Shown piece after piece: positions 38,299 through 48,440 of a stretch of 64,000 nucleotides of DNA. Below the pieces are notes generated by a model, which did no database searches, was not told where the DNA came from, and worked only from the letters and a program-made list of their open reading frames with translations. The translations under genes and the position numbers were made by a program. Origin of the DNA: a virus; the IMG/VR virus record IMGVR_UViG_3300046477_000491, positions 12,754-76,753 of that record; one strand, given 5' to 3'. Positions within the stretch are counted from its first letter, which is position 1. Each line of letters begins with the position of its first letter.

Positions 38299-38838
38299 CT
38301 AGCTCCGCGCGGGCCAGCGGTAGGCCGACAGGAGGTTGTCGGAGCCGACGCTCCAGTGCTCGTCCTCGTCGTAGCCGGGCAGCTTGCTGATCGCCCTCCG
38401 GCGCAGCGCGTCCACGAAGTTGAACGCCTCGGACTGCTCCCACTCGGGGTGCTCGCACGCCTGGTAGGTGAAGCCGTCGAGAGCCTTGAGCACCGACACC
38501 GGGTTCGGGACGCCGGGCAGGACCTTGAAGAGGTAGGGCTGCTCCCACTCCTCCTCGGCGTACCGGTGGTCGACCGACCGGCGGTTCTCCGCGAGGAGCA
38601 TGGCCCCCACGTAGCCCGCGTTCTCCCGGGTCAGGTGTCGCACGATCTTGCCGTACATCTCGTGCGCCTCCGGCCCCCAGGGCTGGCCCGCCGAGTACAC
38701 CCGGCCCTTCTCCTCGGCCGTCAACTCACGCACCTGCCAGCGCAGCTTGCTGCCGAACGACACGTAGGACAGGCCCGCGTTGACCAGAAGGTGGATGTGC
38801 TCGTCGTCGACCATGTTCGCGCTCACATGACCCCTCAC
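38299..38838 (-). CDS. Hypothetical phage protein
   Basis: EN..SV..RY and YQACEHPEW..SEA motifs. Confidence 0.7.
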   Translation of the reverse strand: MRGHVSANMVDDEHIHLLVNAGLSYVSFGSKLRWQVRELTAEEKGRVYSAGQPWGPEAHEMYGKIVRHLTRENAGYVGAMLLAENRRSVDHRYAEEEWEQPYLFKVLPGVPNPVSVLKALDGFTYQACEHPEWEQSEAFNFVDALRRRAISKLPGYDEDEHWSVGSDNLLSAYRWPARS

Positions 38839-38845
38839 GCTTTCT

Positions 38846-38913
38846 TTACGGCTTCGTACTTACGGCTTCCGAAGCAGTAATGAGAATCTATCGGAGCTAC
38901 TACGCCTCGTCAA
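38846..38913 (-). promoter_or_regulatory. Promoter with operator half-sites
   Basis: TTGACG-17-TAGATT; TTACGGCTT at 38846 and 38860, plus inverted AAGCAGTAAT. Confidence 0.7.
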
Positions 38914-38993
38914 CCCGTTTAGCCAAACAGCTTTCCAAGCATGAAGAAGGCCCCCACCCGGTCACCCAGGCAGGGGCCTACAACAGCCGTACG

Positions 38994-39500
38994 TCAGGAA
39001 TCGAGGTCGTGCGCCCGTTCCTGCTTGAGGCCCGCCACGGTCTCCTCGTAGTGGAACACCGCGACCGTCTCGAAGCAGCCCGTCCACAGCGCCAGCATGG
39101 TCTCGGGAAGGTGCGGGCCCTCCCCCTTGGAAGCCCACACAGCCCACCGCTTGGTAGGTGCGTTGAAGTCGCCGTCCAGGGAGTTCCACTCGATCTCGTG
39201 CTCGGCCAGCGCGGCCGTGAACACCCCGACGTTCTTCGCCAGCAACCGGGCCAGCAGCTCGGAGTCGTTCTGCGGTCCCGGGAAACCGGCCCACATGCCC
39301 GTCAGCGTCTGGATGTCGAAGACCAGGTCACAGGGCTTCGGGCTGAACGTCACCGTCTTGTACGTGGCGAAGTGCTCGTCGACACCGTGGTCGAGCGGCG
39401 ACCCGCCCCCGTAGTCGAAGATGTACCGCTTGAAGATGTCCCGCACCAGGAACGGGTCGCTCGGGACGTCCCCATCGTAGTAGCTGGGCCCCTCACCCAT
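38994..39500 (-). CDS. Hypothetical protein
   Basis: Coupled ORF. Confidence 0.6.
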   Translation of the reverse strand: MGEGPSYYDGDVPSDPFLVRDIFKRYIFDYGGGSPLDHGVDEHFATYKTVTFSPKPCDLVFDIQTLTGMWAGFPGPQNDSELLARLLAKNVGVFTAALAEHEIEWNSLDGDFNAPTKRWAVWASKGEGPHLPETMLALWTGCFETVAVFHYEETVAGLKQERAHDLDS

Positions 39501-39870
39501 ACGCCTGCACACACTCCAGTTTGATCGACGGGGCGTACGCGGCCACCGCGTCAGTCCCCGTGTCGTACGCACCCTTCGCCAGGTCCGTAACCCCCATGTC
39601 CGAGTACGTCTTGTAGATGTCCCACATCGGCGTGCCCTGGGCCTTGACGCCGAACTCGGCGAACTGCGACTCGTTCTCCGACCCGGACGGCTCCCCCTGT
39701 GCCACCCTCAGCGTCAGGTCCACCGCCTTGATCACCTCGACGAAGCAGGTCTTCGACTCCTCGCTGTCCCCCTGCTTGGACGCGCTCGGCTTCGCAGACC
39801 CCTCCGAGCCCCCACCGCACCCGGCGACCGCGAACAGCACAACCACAGCCGCCAGGACTCTCTTGCTCAT
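39493..39870 (-). CDS. Lipoprotein
   Basis: MSKRVLAAVVVLFAVAGC lipobox. Confidence 0.7.
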   Translation of the reverse strand: MSKRVLAAVVVLFAVAGCGGGSEGSAKPSASKQGDSEESKTCFVEVIKAVDLTLRVAQGEPSGSENESQFAEFGVKAQGTPMWDIYKTYSDMGVTDLAKGAYDTGTDAVAAYAPSIKLECVQAYG

Positions 39871-39946
39871 AACGCCCCCCATGTCTGTTAACCCCATCCC
39901 ACTAGTGCCTGCACCGCCTTGTTCAGCGCTCTCTACGCGTACGACG

Positions 39947-40282
39947 TCAGGCAGGGATGCGCGTGATCATGATCTGCGGAGTGTCGTTGAGGCCGACCTC
40001 CAGCTCCGCCGTGTACCCCATGCTGAGCAGCACCTCGTGGATCGCGGTCATGTTCGCGATGCGCATCGCGGCGTCGTCGAGGGGCCTGGACCCCGCCTCC
40101 CCGGCGTTCTCACCGTCGTCCGGCTCCGACCACAACACGCCCGCGTAGCCCAGGCCGTTATAGAGGAAGACCTTCCAGCCGGGCGCGGCAGGTTTGTCCT
40201 CGTTCGTATGGGGCGCCCGCGCCCAGCCGTGCGGCGCCAGATCGAGCGCGAGCCGCTCCTCTAGGTCCTTCTGCTCTATCAC
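39947..40282 (-). CDS. Hypothetical protein
   Basis: Operonic ORF. Confidence 0.55.
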   Translation of the reverse strand: MIEQKDLEERLALDLAPHGWARAPHTNEDKPAAPGWKVFLYNGLGYAGVLWSEPDDGENAGEAGSRPLDDAAMRIANMTAIHEVLLSMGYTAELEVGLNDTPQIMITRIPA

Positions 40283-40283
40283 G

Positions 40284-40721
40284 TCAGTTCTCCCCCACCA
40301 GCTTCTGCACAGCCTTGTCCAGCGCCCGCTGCGCCGCACGCTTACCGCCCTCGACGTTCGCGACGTCCACGTCCGTCTTGCCGAACGGACCGAGGTGCAC
40401 GGAGTAGTGGCAACGCCCCCCGTGCTCGGCGCTGTGGTGCACTACGGAGGCCGCCAGCTCGCCGCCGACCGTACCCTCCCAGCGCTCACCCCTCGCGTAC
40501 GAGCGGTCCTGCCACCACTCCAGGCGCTGCGCCTTGACCGGCGGGGTGGGGTCCGGCTCGTAGTCCTCCGAGGTGATGTCCACGCGCACCACCCCGACGC
40601 GGCTGGACATCAGGTTGCGGACGGCCTGCGCCCCCTCCTCCGGGCTGTGCGCGTCGGTGTCGTACCAGGGCAGCTTCCGCTGGCCCGGCTTCTTGGGCTC
40701 GTAGACCCGCAAATTCCACAC
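40284..40721 (-). CDS. Hypothetical protein
   Basis: Operonic ORF. Confidence 0.6.
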   Translation of the reverse strand: MWNLRVYEPKKPGQRKLPWYDTDAHSPEEGAQAVRNLMSSRVGVVRVDITSEDYEPDPTPPVKAQRLEWWQDRSYARGERWEGTVGGELAASVVHHSAEHGGRCHYSVHLGPFGKTDVDVANVEGGKRAAQRALDKAVQKLVGEN

Positions 40722-40722
40722 G

Positions 40723-41358
40723 TCAGTGCTCCTTCGTCGCCAGCTCGGCCGCGCGCTTGTCGAGCTGCTTCTCCAACTCGTCAGCGGCCACCCCCAGCGT
40801 CATCCACATCAGGTCCTTGTCGAGGCGCAACTCGGTGGTCTCTTCCGCCACCCTGCGCGCCGCATCGGATCCCGCCCGCAACTGCCGGATCGCCCACTCC
40901 GTGCCGTCCAGGTTCTCCCGCATCAGAAGCACACGGAGCGCGGAGTCGAACTGCGACCGCTGCACACTGACCTCCTTGACCGGCGCGGCCGGGGCCGGTG
41001 GAGCCTGCACAGCCTCGGCCGCCTGCGTACGGCCGCTCAGGCGCCGGGGGATCTCCTTCTCCAGAAGGGCTACCACCCAGCCGGGCCCCTCGAAGTCCTT
41101 GTCCAGCGGGCCCGAGTACATACGCTCGGCCCAGCGCCCGCCGACCGCGTTGTCCTTCCGGTACAGACGCCCCTTCACAACGACCGTGCCGACCTCCCAC
41201 TGTCCGTCCTCCGGGAGGACACTGACCCACACTTGGAGGGGGTTAATCGTCTGTGAGGAATTGACCTCCAGGCGCTCGCCCTCCTCCGGCTCCAGGGGCA
41301 ACCACATGGTGATCGTGCCCTCGACCGTGAACTCGCCGTCTTCCTTCAGCTTGGCCAT
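40723..41358 (-). CDS. Hypothetical protein
   Basis: RBS GGGGAGG. Confidence 0.65.
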   Translation of the reverse strand: MAKLKEDGEFTVEGTITMWLPLEPEEGERLEVNSSQTINPLQVWVSVLPEDGQWEVGTVVVKGRLYRKDNAVGGRWAERMYSGPLDKDFEGPGWVVALLEKEIPRRLSGRTQAAEAVQAPPAPAAPVKEVSVQRSQFDSALRVLLMRENLDGTEWAIRQLRAGSDAARRVAEETTELRLDKDLMWMTLGVAADELEKQLDKRAAELATKEH

Positions 41359-41409
41359 GTTCCAAACCCTCCCCGCGCTTTTTAAATGATCGAAATTGGG
41401 CCGGTAAGC

Positions 41410-41697
41410 CTACTCGGCGCTCTGCGCCTGCCCGGCATTTTCCAGCACCTTCACCTTGTCGATGTAGTGCCCGCTCTTGTTCCAGCGGCCGGTGCTCTTG
41501 GACACGTAGTGGAGTTGCAGGCGCTCGGTCCAGCCGATGTACTCGTCGCGCCGCCAGTCGAACTCCGAGGCCGCCCACTCCTCCTTCTTCTCTGCCGTCC
41601 GCTTGAGCAGTTCCAGGTCCGTGCTCACGGCCTCCGGCCCCACGCTCATGGCCAGGACGTACACCTCGGCGCTCCGCGCCTCCGCCGAACTGCTCAT
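41410..41697 (-). CDS. Hypothetical protein
   Basis: First gene after the promoter at 41735-41763. Confidence 0.6.
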   Translation of the reverse strand: MSSSAEARSAEVYVLAMSVGPEAVSTDLELLKRTAEKKEEWAASEFDWRRDEYIGWTERLQLHYVSKSTGRWNKSGHYIDKVKVLENAGQAQSAE

Positions 41698-41734
41698 CGT
41701 CAACTCCCTCTCCGCCGTTCTCAATTACGGGTTA

Positions 41735-41763
41735 ACTCTATGGGCCACACTCCGCCCTGTCAA
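41735..41763 (-). promoter_or_regulatory. Sigma70-type promoter
   Basis: TTGACA-17-TAGAGT, followed by an AACCCGTAAT half-site. Confidence 0.7.
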
Positions 41764-41821
41764 GCTGTTTCGTCAACCCAGTTGCGTTGCCGGAATCTCT
41801 AAGTCCGTTTAGCTTGAATAC

Positions 41822-42010
41822 ATGCGAAACCTGCGTGATGCACTCATGTGGCGCGGTACCCGAGCCGCTGCACTCGACGAGGCCAAGAAGCTGACGATCA
41901 CCGCCCGCCGCATGGGCTACGACGCCGTGGTGCACGGCACCCTCCGCAGGTACGGCAACGCTACCTACGAGGAGCGTCCTTACGGCGTCTTCCTCGAACC
42001 CCGCCCATAA
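41822..42010 (+). CDS. Small hypothetical protein
   Basis: Codon bias; followed by a hairpin. Confidence 0.55.
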   Translation: MRNLRDALMWRGTRAAALDEAKKLTITARRMGYDAVVHGTLRRYGNATYEERPYGVFLEPRP

Positions 42011-42013
42011 CGA

Positions 42014-42072
42014 CAACAAGCCCCGCAGTCATCCGGCGGGCTGGCCGGACTGCATGACTGTGGGGCTTGTTG
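42014..42072. terminator. Hairpin terminator
   Basis: CAACAAGCCCCGCAGTCAT / ATGACTGTGGGGCTTGTTG. Confidence 0.75.
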
Positions 42073-43081
42073 CTTTCCGCGCGCTCGTTCCCTAACCAAG
42101 GACGAACACAGCGGAGTAACCGTAGCGCCCCGGTTGCCGCTGCCGCAAATCCCCCCATCCCCCCAATTCCCCGAATCCCCCTGGCACTGTGACACTGTTC
42201 GCGACCCGCAATCGTTGCGCTACGCGGCTGTCTAGGCCCTTTGCTTCTGCGAATTTGCATTTAAGGGTAGGGGGGTCGAATATTTATTCATTGACATACA
42301 CACTTGACAGCCGCTTGTCAACCCCTGGAGCCGGGCAATATCAAGCCTCGCGCTTCCTTCCAGTATCTGCACCCTTGCTTTTGGTGTGACCTACGCCACG
42401 CGCTGCGCCCATACACAGCCCCTGGGCCCTGTCAACCCCTGGGAGCGACGCATATTATGCATGGCAATTCACCGATATTCACGAGGCCACTACCCCAAAA
42501 CGCTGATTTGCGTTGCTGCAAATATGCCCCGAGATATGGTGGGGTGGCGTTCGCTGTAGCAACTCAGCAACCAGGGAGCCAGGGAGTTACGGCGTATTGG
42601 CTGTGAGCCTGGCGACCGCGTGGCCGTGCATGCCGTGGTGCTGTGTCTCTCTGTGGTGTGAGCAGTGGGGAGCCTTCCCCTGGCCCGCGATTTGGCGACC
42701 CCTTGACCCGCAGCGATGCCAGGCAGGCGCACCCTTGACGTATGAGAGTCGGTATGCAATGGGGTGCGCTGGGGCATGGCCAGGCATGGGGAGAGTTCGA
42801 CAGCGTGAGCGCTGCGGCCTCGGCTCTGTGGCGCTCCGTGGTGGCTACATGCCGTCGTGCGGGCTCGTCGTCCACCTGCGCAGCACTCCGGCATGCCGGG
42901 ACCGTCCTAGGCGCGGAAATGGCCACTCAGGGCCGTGCAGCGTTGGCCCGTGGCCGGACGTGGCATGCGCGCTATGGGACTGCCTGGGTGGCGCTGTATC
43001 CCCGTGGGAGGGCCAAACACGAGAAAGCCCCCCACCGGCCCGAGTAAGGGCGGTGAGGGGCGTACGTAGGGCCGTGGCGGG

Positions 43082-43423
43082 CTAGTCGCGGGCGGCGGTG
43101 CCGTCCTCGCGACCCTTGGCCAGGGAGTCGGCCAGTTCGGGGCGCCATGCCAGGACGCGGCGCAGGTCGGCCAGGAACGGCGTACGGTCGAAGGCTTCCC
43201 CGTCGGTGTAGGCGTCCACGGCGCCGAGCATGTACGCGACGGCCTGGCGTCCTTCGTTGCGCGCGGAATCCCACGTGAGCTGTCGCGCCAGCGGGGAGGC
43301 GGAGACGGTGACGCGGTACCCGTGACCGTCGCGGCCGGTGCCGACCTGGACGGACACGCGCTCATGGGTGAGGGCGCCGAGGTGGGCGGCGACCATGGCG
43401 GCGGTGGTGTGCGTGATGCGCAT
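43082..43423 (-). CDS. Hypothetical early protein
   Basis: Preceded by the conserved leader. Confidence 0.65.
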   Translation of the reverse strand: MRITHTTAAMVAAHLGALTHERVSVQVGTGRDGHGYRVTVSASPLARQLTWDSARNEGRQAVAYMLGAVDAYTDGEAFDRTPFLADLRRVLAWRPELADSLAKGREDGTAARD

Positions 43424-43459
43424 GGGGGTTGTCCTCCTGATGTGGGGCGGGTTGGTTGG

Positions 43460-43891
43460 TCAGTGCTGGGGGCGGCGGATCATGGTTTCCTGCGTGCCGT
43501 AGTCGCGGGCGCGTCCCTTGTTGGGCGCGAACCCAAACCGGCGGTAAAAGGCGGTGAGGCGCCGGACGCTCCCGCCAAAGTCGGGGCTAGGGGTGGTGGC
43601 CAGGGGCAGGCCGTGCGCGTCGGCGTAGGCGGTCAGTTCGCCCATGACGGCCGAGCCGGAGCCGTTGTTGCGCTCCCCCTTGGGGACGATCAGAACGGAC
43701 AGGATCACGAACCCTGCACCGTTCGTTTCCAGGGAGACGCGGACGCCGGGGAACCGGGCGGTCAGGTCCTGCGCGAGGGTGGCGGGGACGGGCTCCAGAC
43801 CGTCACAGGAGACGCGGCCGAAGCGGGCGGCCGTCCAGTCGTGGGCGGGGTGGGGCGTGGTGGTCGGGCAGCCGTAGACGGTGCGGAGCAT
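43460..43891 (-). CDS. GNAT-family acetyltransferase
   Basis: VPKGERNNGSGSAVM motif A; LTAFYRRFGF motif B. Confidence 0.8.
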   Translation of the reverse strand: MLRTVYGCPTTTPHPAHDWTAARFGRVSCDGLEPVPATLAQDLTARFPGVRVSLETNGAGFVILSVLIVPKGERNNGSGSAVMGELTAYADAHGLPLATTPSPDFGGSVRRLTAFYRRFGFAPNKGRARDYGTQETMIRRPQH

Positions 43892-43962
43892 GGGGGGGCC
43901 TCCCTGGGGTGAGTGGGAGGGGGCCGGAGCGTTTCCCCGGCCCCCGTGGTGTGGGGCGGGTG

Positions 43963-44706
43963 CTACTCGGCGAGGCCCTGCGCGGCGTGCATCTTCTGCG
44001 CCTGCTTGAACGTGGCGCGGTACTCCGCGAGCGAGGCCGGGCGGACCGCCTCGAACTGGCGGGCCCAGTGCGGCATTACGGCGACCTTCTGCGTCTGGAA
44101 GACGCCCCCGGCGGCGATCATCGCGTGATTCTGCGCGCGGGTCTCCGTGGCCAGCGCCTTGCGGGCGAGGGGGGAGAACATCAGGGAGTGCTTACGGAAC
44201 GCGGCCTCCTCGCCGTGGCGGTCGACGCCGCGCCCGGTGCCGCAGTGGCCGAACACGTCGTGCACAGCGCGGAACATGTCGTTCGTGTCGTTGTCGAAGA
44301 AGAAGTGCCCGCCCGTGGCCTCCGTCGACAGGATGCGCATGCGGCCAGCCTTGACGTCCTCGAAGAACGCGCGGGTGCCCTTGTTGGTCACGTCGTACGG
44401 GTCGGCGTCCTCGACGCTCACGGCGATGCCCAGGCCGCCGCGCGACGGGGCGGCCGTCATGAACTCAAACTGCCGCTTGACCCCCTCGGCCATGGCGCGC
44501 CAGGCGGCCGGGGCGGCGTTGTCGATGAACGGGAGTTCGGCGTACGCGGCGGCGATCTTCTCGACGGCCGAGGGGGCGACGATCACGCGGGAGTAGTCCC
44601 AGTGGTCGCGGGTGGACAGTCCGGCCTTGGCGCAGAAGGTGCGCGAGCCCTCGACGATGGCGCGGATCGGCGAGACGGACAGGGCGGGGATGTTGGCGGT
44701 ACGCAT
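43963..44706 (-). CDS. Hypothetical protein with FRAVHDxFGH motif (polyvalent-protein-type domain)
   Basis: NDMFRAVHDVFGH...GEEAA...ALATETRAQN. Confidence 0.65.
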   Translation of the reverse strand: MRTANIPALSVSPIRAIVEGSRTFCAKAGLSTRDHWDYSRVIVAPSAVEKIAAAYAELPFIDNAAPAAWRAMAEGVKRQFEFMTAAPSRGGLGIAVSVEDADPYDVTNKGTRAFFEDVKAGRMRILSTEATGGHFFFDNDTNDMFRAVHDVFGHCGTGRGVDRHGEEAAFRKHSLMFSPLARKALATETRAQNHAMIAAGGVFQTQKVAVMPHWARQFEAVRPASLAEYRATFKQAQKMHAAQGLAE

Positions 44707-44830
44707 TGCGGGGGCCTCCTGTTGCGGGGCGGTTGGTGTGTGGTTGGTGGTGCGTTGCCAACCTAGCCCCGATTACGGCTTGTAAAGCCAGTTTCGGGGA
44801 TTGGTGGACAAGTCTTTATAGAGCTGTGAC

Positions 44831-45940
44831 CTAGGCGGTGGGGCCGTCCAGTTCGGCCAGGTCCAGGGCCAGCCGCTCCGCGTCCGTGAGCGGGCCCAGC
44901 AGGGACAGCAGCTCACCAGTGGTCACGATGGGCAGGGGAAGGCCGGAGACGGGCGCGGGGGTGGCTTCCTGGGGCGCTTCCTGGCGCGCGTCCCGCATGG
45001 CGGCCTCAACGACGGCCAGGTCCTCCGCCTCTTCGCGCCGCTCCTGCTCGCGGCGGCTCAGCTCCTCCGCGCGGGCGAGCGCTTCCGGGCCGTCCATGCG
45101 AATGGTCGTCCACGTGATCGACTCGCGGTCGAAGATGCCCCAGTCGTCCGCCTGGCGGCCGGGCAGCACGCGGGCGACGTAGCGGCCGGTGTAGGCGTGG
45201 GCGCAGAAGCCGCAGAGGTACGCGCCGAACGGCGAGAACCGGGCGGGGTACTCCGGGTCGTCGTCCGCGTCGCCGACGGTGTCGCACATGGCGCACAGGC
45301 GGGCCAGGTTCTCGGACGCCGCCAGGATCAACCAGTCGTCACCGTCGCGCCGGTCGGGGCTGTAGCCGATCACGTACGTGCCATCGGCCCAGATGTTGCG
45401 GCTGGTCACCGTGCCGTGGCCCATGGGGACGCCGATGCGGGCGCCCACCTGGGCCCACTTCGCGGGGTCGGCCAGCGCGGTACGGGCGGCCCACGGGTTC
45501 ACGTCGGCGCGGGTCTTGATCTCCTCCGGGATCGGGCCGCTGTACAGCCACGTCCCACCGACGTACAGGTAAAGGGTGTCGCCCTCGATGGACACCGTCA
45601 CGCGCTTGCCCTCGATGTACAGCGGGCGAGCGTCGCGCAGGGTGCGGGCGCCGGGCTCGTTGGGCTCGTAGTGGCCGGTCAGGTCGACCGCCTCCGGGCG
45701 CGGGTTCGTGATGGACAGGAAGCGGGCGCTGTTCTCCGCGTCGTAACCCTGGTAGTCGCCGTGCGTGTCGACGTAGCGGGAGCAGCGGGAGCAGAAGCCG
45801 CCCGGCATGTTGGCCGCGTCGCCGAAGCTGACGTAGGTGGTGACCGGGCGCCCGCAGACGGTTTCGTCGTTGCCGGTGCTGTAGTGCGCGGTCTTGCCCT
45901 TGCCGACCTGCGCCAGCTTGTAACCGGAGATCGTGTCCAT
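44831..45940 (-). CDS. Hypothetical multi-domain early protein with Cys clusters
   Basis: CSRC, CAMC and CGFC; RBS AAGGAG. Confidence 0.65.
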   Translation of the reverse strand: MDTISGYKLAQVGKGKTAHYSTGNDETVCGRPVTTYVSFGDAANMPGGFCSRCSRYVDTHGDYQGYDAENSARFLSITNPRPEAVDLTGHYEPNEPGARTLRDARPLYIEGKRVTVSIEGDTLYLYVGGTWLYSGPIPEEIKTRADVNPWAARTALADPAKWAQVGARIGVPMGHGTVTSRNIWADGTYVIGYSPDRRDGDDWLILAASENLARLCAMCDTVGDADDDPEYPARFSPFGAYLCGFCAHAYTGRYVARVLPGRQADDWGIFDRESITWTTIRMDGPEALARAEELSRREQERREEAEDLAVVEAAMRDARQEAPQEATPAPVSGLPLPIVTTGELLSLLGPLTDAERLALDLAELDGPTA

Positions 45941-46147
45941 GGTGTCGCTCCTTCGTACGTGTGTGGTGGGAGCGCTGACTTTTCCGTAGGGGGAACCCCT
46001 TGTCAAGCCCTTTGAGCACATGGATTTACAAGACGTTATGAAGCTGTGACCAGCGCCCCCGGCGCGGGTGTGTTCTCCTGGGGGCCGGACACAACAGGGC
46101 CCCCACCGGCCAGCGGGACGCGGTGGGGGCCTTTTGCATGCCCGGGG

Positions 46148-47815
46148 TCAGACGGTGGGGGCCTCGGCGTAGCCACCGACGGCCACCAGCAGGCCGTCCC
46201 AGTTGGCGGCGTCGATACCGACCCCGTCGACCCACTCGGCACCAGCGGAGTACGCCTGGCCCATCAGGTCGAGAGCATCCGCCATGGACATCAGCTCGAC
46301 GTCCTCACCGAGCCGGACCCACATGTGCCGGGAATCCAGCCGGGCCCGGAACTTGGATTCCTCCTCGGCGTTCTCGGCGATCGAGCGGGCGAATCCGTCC
46401 GCGCCGCCCTCGTAGTACGCCAGGCGATTCTGGTCCTGCTCCGGGGCGGTGTCCGCGACAGAATCCGACTGGGAAACCGGCGCGGTCTCCTCGGCGATTT
46501 CCGGCGCGATCTCCTCGACGACGGGCGCGGGGGCCGGGGTCTCCTCGACGGGAGCCGCAGCGGCCTTCTTGCGCGGGGTGCGGGCCTTCTTGACCGCGTC
46601 GATCTCGTACGGCTTCGGCTCGGTGACGTTGTCCTCGACGAGAGTGCAGCGGGTGAGGACGGTGGCCTTGTTGCCCTTGTACTCGTCGTGCTCCTTGACG
46701 GTGCCCCGGAGGGTGACGCGGACGCCCGTGTCCTCGCCCAGCGCGTTGTTGGAGGCGAACCACTTCACGACGACGCCGGAGTCCTCGGCGCGCACCTGGT
46801 AGAGGGTGGTCGAGCCGTACAGGCCGTCGATGTAGCGGATGGCTTCCACGATGCCGGTGAAGGTGATACGCGAGCCCTTGACCCCGGCGGCCTTGTCGGG
46901 CGCGGTGCCGATCCACTCGGACGGCTTGCCCTCGCGCTGCTTGCGGATGAGGGTCTGCTCGTTGAAGCGGGCCCACGCCTGCGGGGCGGAGACGAGGATG
47001 CCGAAGTTGCGCGAGGAGACCATCTTGGCGCCCGCGATGGCCTTCAGGTTGGTCACGTACTCCGAGGTGCCGGAGAAGTCGTCGGAGAGGATGAACGCGC
47101 GGATCTCGGCGGCCTTGCCCTTGGCCTCACCGGCCAGCGGCGCCATCTTCTCGGCGAACTCCTTGTCACGGCGGGCGCGGGAGGGGCTGATGGCGTTGCG
47201 CACGAGCTGCACGGTGGGGGTGGCGTGGTAGTCCTGGCTGCGGACGAAGCCGAACGCCTTGACGCAGGCCCAGGCGTAGGCGAGGACGGTCTCGGTGGAC
47301 ACGTCGCGGTCCCCGCCGCCCATGCCGTAGAACTCCTTCTCCTCGTCGTCGTCGGCGGGGGTGGTGGGCCAGGCGACGGTGGTTTCCCAGCCGAGGAAGT
47401 CCTTGATGCAGGAGCGGCCGATCTGCTTCTCCTCGCCGGTCTCCTCGTTCTTGACGAGGAAGGTCTCGCGGCGGGTGCGGATCTTCTTGCAGTGGTCGCA
47501 GACGCCCTCGCGGACGGCCTCGCGGTCGACGGAGTGGACGCCGGGCGCGGTGCGCACGATGAGACCGGCGTTCTCGTCCCAGTCCAGGGTGGCGAGGAAG
47601 GTCCAGCCGTTGTGCTTGGGCGCCTCGCCCGTGAAGAAGACGTCGTACAGGATCTCGACGACCTCGAAGCCCAGGTCATCCTTGGTCTTCACCTCGACCT
47701 CGGTGACGTCCAGCTCCAGGCGGCCGGACAGGCCCCGCTTGGCCGCGCGCTCGTTGATCTTCTCGATCTTCGCGAGGGTGGTGGCGAGCTGGTAGCTGTC
47801 GATTCGCGCGGACAT
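46148..47815 (-). CDS. Zn-ribbon plus OB-fold-like protein
   Basis: CDHC..R.R...IGRSC; C-terminal beta region ...VTLRGTVKEHDEYKG...TVLTRC. Confidence 0.65.
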   Translation of the reverse strand: MSARIDSYQLATTLAKIEKINERAAKRGLSGRLELDVTEVEVKTKDDLGFEVVEILYDVFFTGEAPKHNGWTFLATLDWDENAGLIVRTAPGVHSVDREAVREGVCDHCKKIRTRRETFLVKNEETGEEKQIGRSCIKDFLGWETTVAWPTTPADDDEEKEFYGMGGGDRDVSTETVLAYAWACVKAFGFVRSQDYHATPTVQLVRNAISPSRARRDKEFAEKMAPLAGEAKGKAAEIRAFILSDDFSGTSEYVTNLKAIAGAKMVSSRNFGILVSAPQAWARFNEQTLIRKQREGKPSEWIGTAPDKAAGVKGSRITFTGIVEAIRYIDGLYGSTTLYQVRAEDSGVVVKWFASNNALGEDTGVRVTLRGTVKEHDEYKGNKATVLTRCTLVEDNVTEPKPYEIDAVKKARTPRKKAAAAPVEETPAPAPVVEEIAPEIAEETAPVSQSDSVADTAPEQDQNRLAYYEGGADGFARSIAENAEEESKFRARLDSRHMWVRLGEDVELMSMADALDLMGQAYSAGAEWVDGVGIDAANWDGLLVAVGGYAEAPTV

Positions 47816-47923
47816 GCGGGCCTCCTGATGCGGGGCGGGTTGTTGACGTGCACGACATTACGGCTTCTGGAAGCTGTTGTCTACCCGTTTGCCTCAGCGG
47901 CTTGCGCGTGTTCTCATGGACGC

Positions 47924-47965
47924 CGAAGGCCCCCACCGGCCAGCTCGATTCGGTGGGGGCCTTCG
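47924..47965. terminator. Hairpin terminator between cassettes
   Basis: CGAAGGCCCCCACCG / CGGTGGGGGCCTTCG. Confidence 0.75.
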
Positions 47966-47978
47966 TCATGTCCCGGGC

Positions 47979-48440
47979 CTACTCGGCCGGGCGGAGCGCT
48001 CCGGTGATGTTGCGCCGCAGCAGCCGGTACAGGTGGGCCCAGCCGGTCTTCTTGTCCTGCGGGGCGGCCATCCCGTGGTCCTTCTCCCAGGAGTGCTGGA
48101 CCCTGCGCAGCAGCGCCGACCACTGGTTGGTGTCGATCAGTGAGGCGCAGATACCGCAGGCCATCCAGTCGCCCTCGTAGCCCTGCATCTTGCCGCTGAC
48201 CGGGTGCCGTCCTGCCACGAAATCCGCCACCGGCAGGAGGAACTTTTCCGCTCCCAGATCCTGGTTGCAGAAGTCGCAGCGGCCGTGGACTTTTCCGTCC
48301 TCGGGTGCCATGGGAATTGGCTTGTGCCCGGAGAGGGAATCCTGCTCGTGGTGCTGCCAGGATTCCTCCCCCGTCCCCTTCTCGATGTGGCGCTCCAGGG
48401 GGCGCCTACAGGTCTTGCAGACCATGGGGGGTGTACTCAC
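47979..48440 (-). CDS. Zn-binding hypothetical protein
   Basis: CKTC, CDFC and WMACGIC. Confidence 0.65.
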   Translation of the reverse strand: MSTPPMVCKTCRRPLERHIEKGTGEESWQHHEQDSLSGHKPIPMAPEDGKVHGRCDFCNQDLGAEKFLLPVADFVAGRHPVSGKMQGYEGDWMACGICASLIDTNQWSALLRRVQHSWEKDHGMAAPQDKKTGWAHLYRLLRRNITGALRPAE

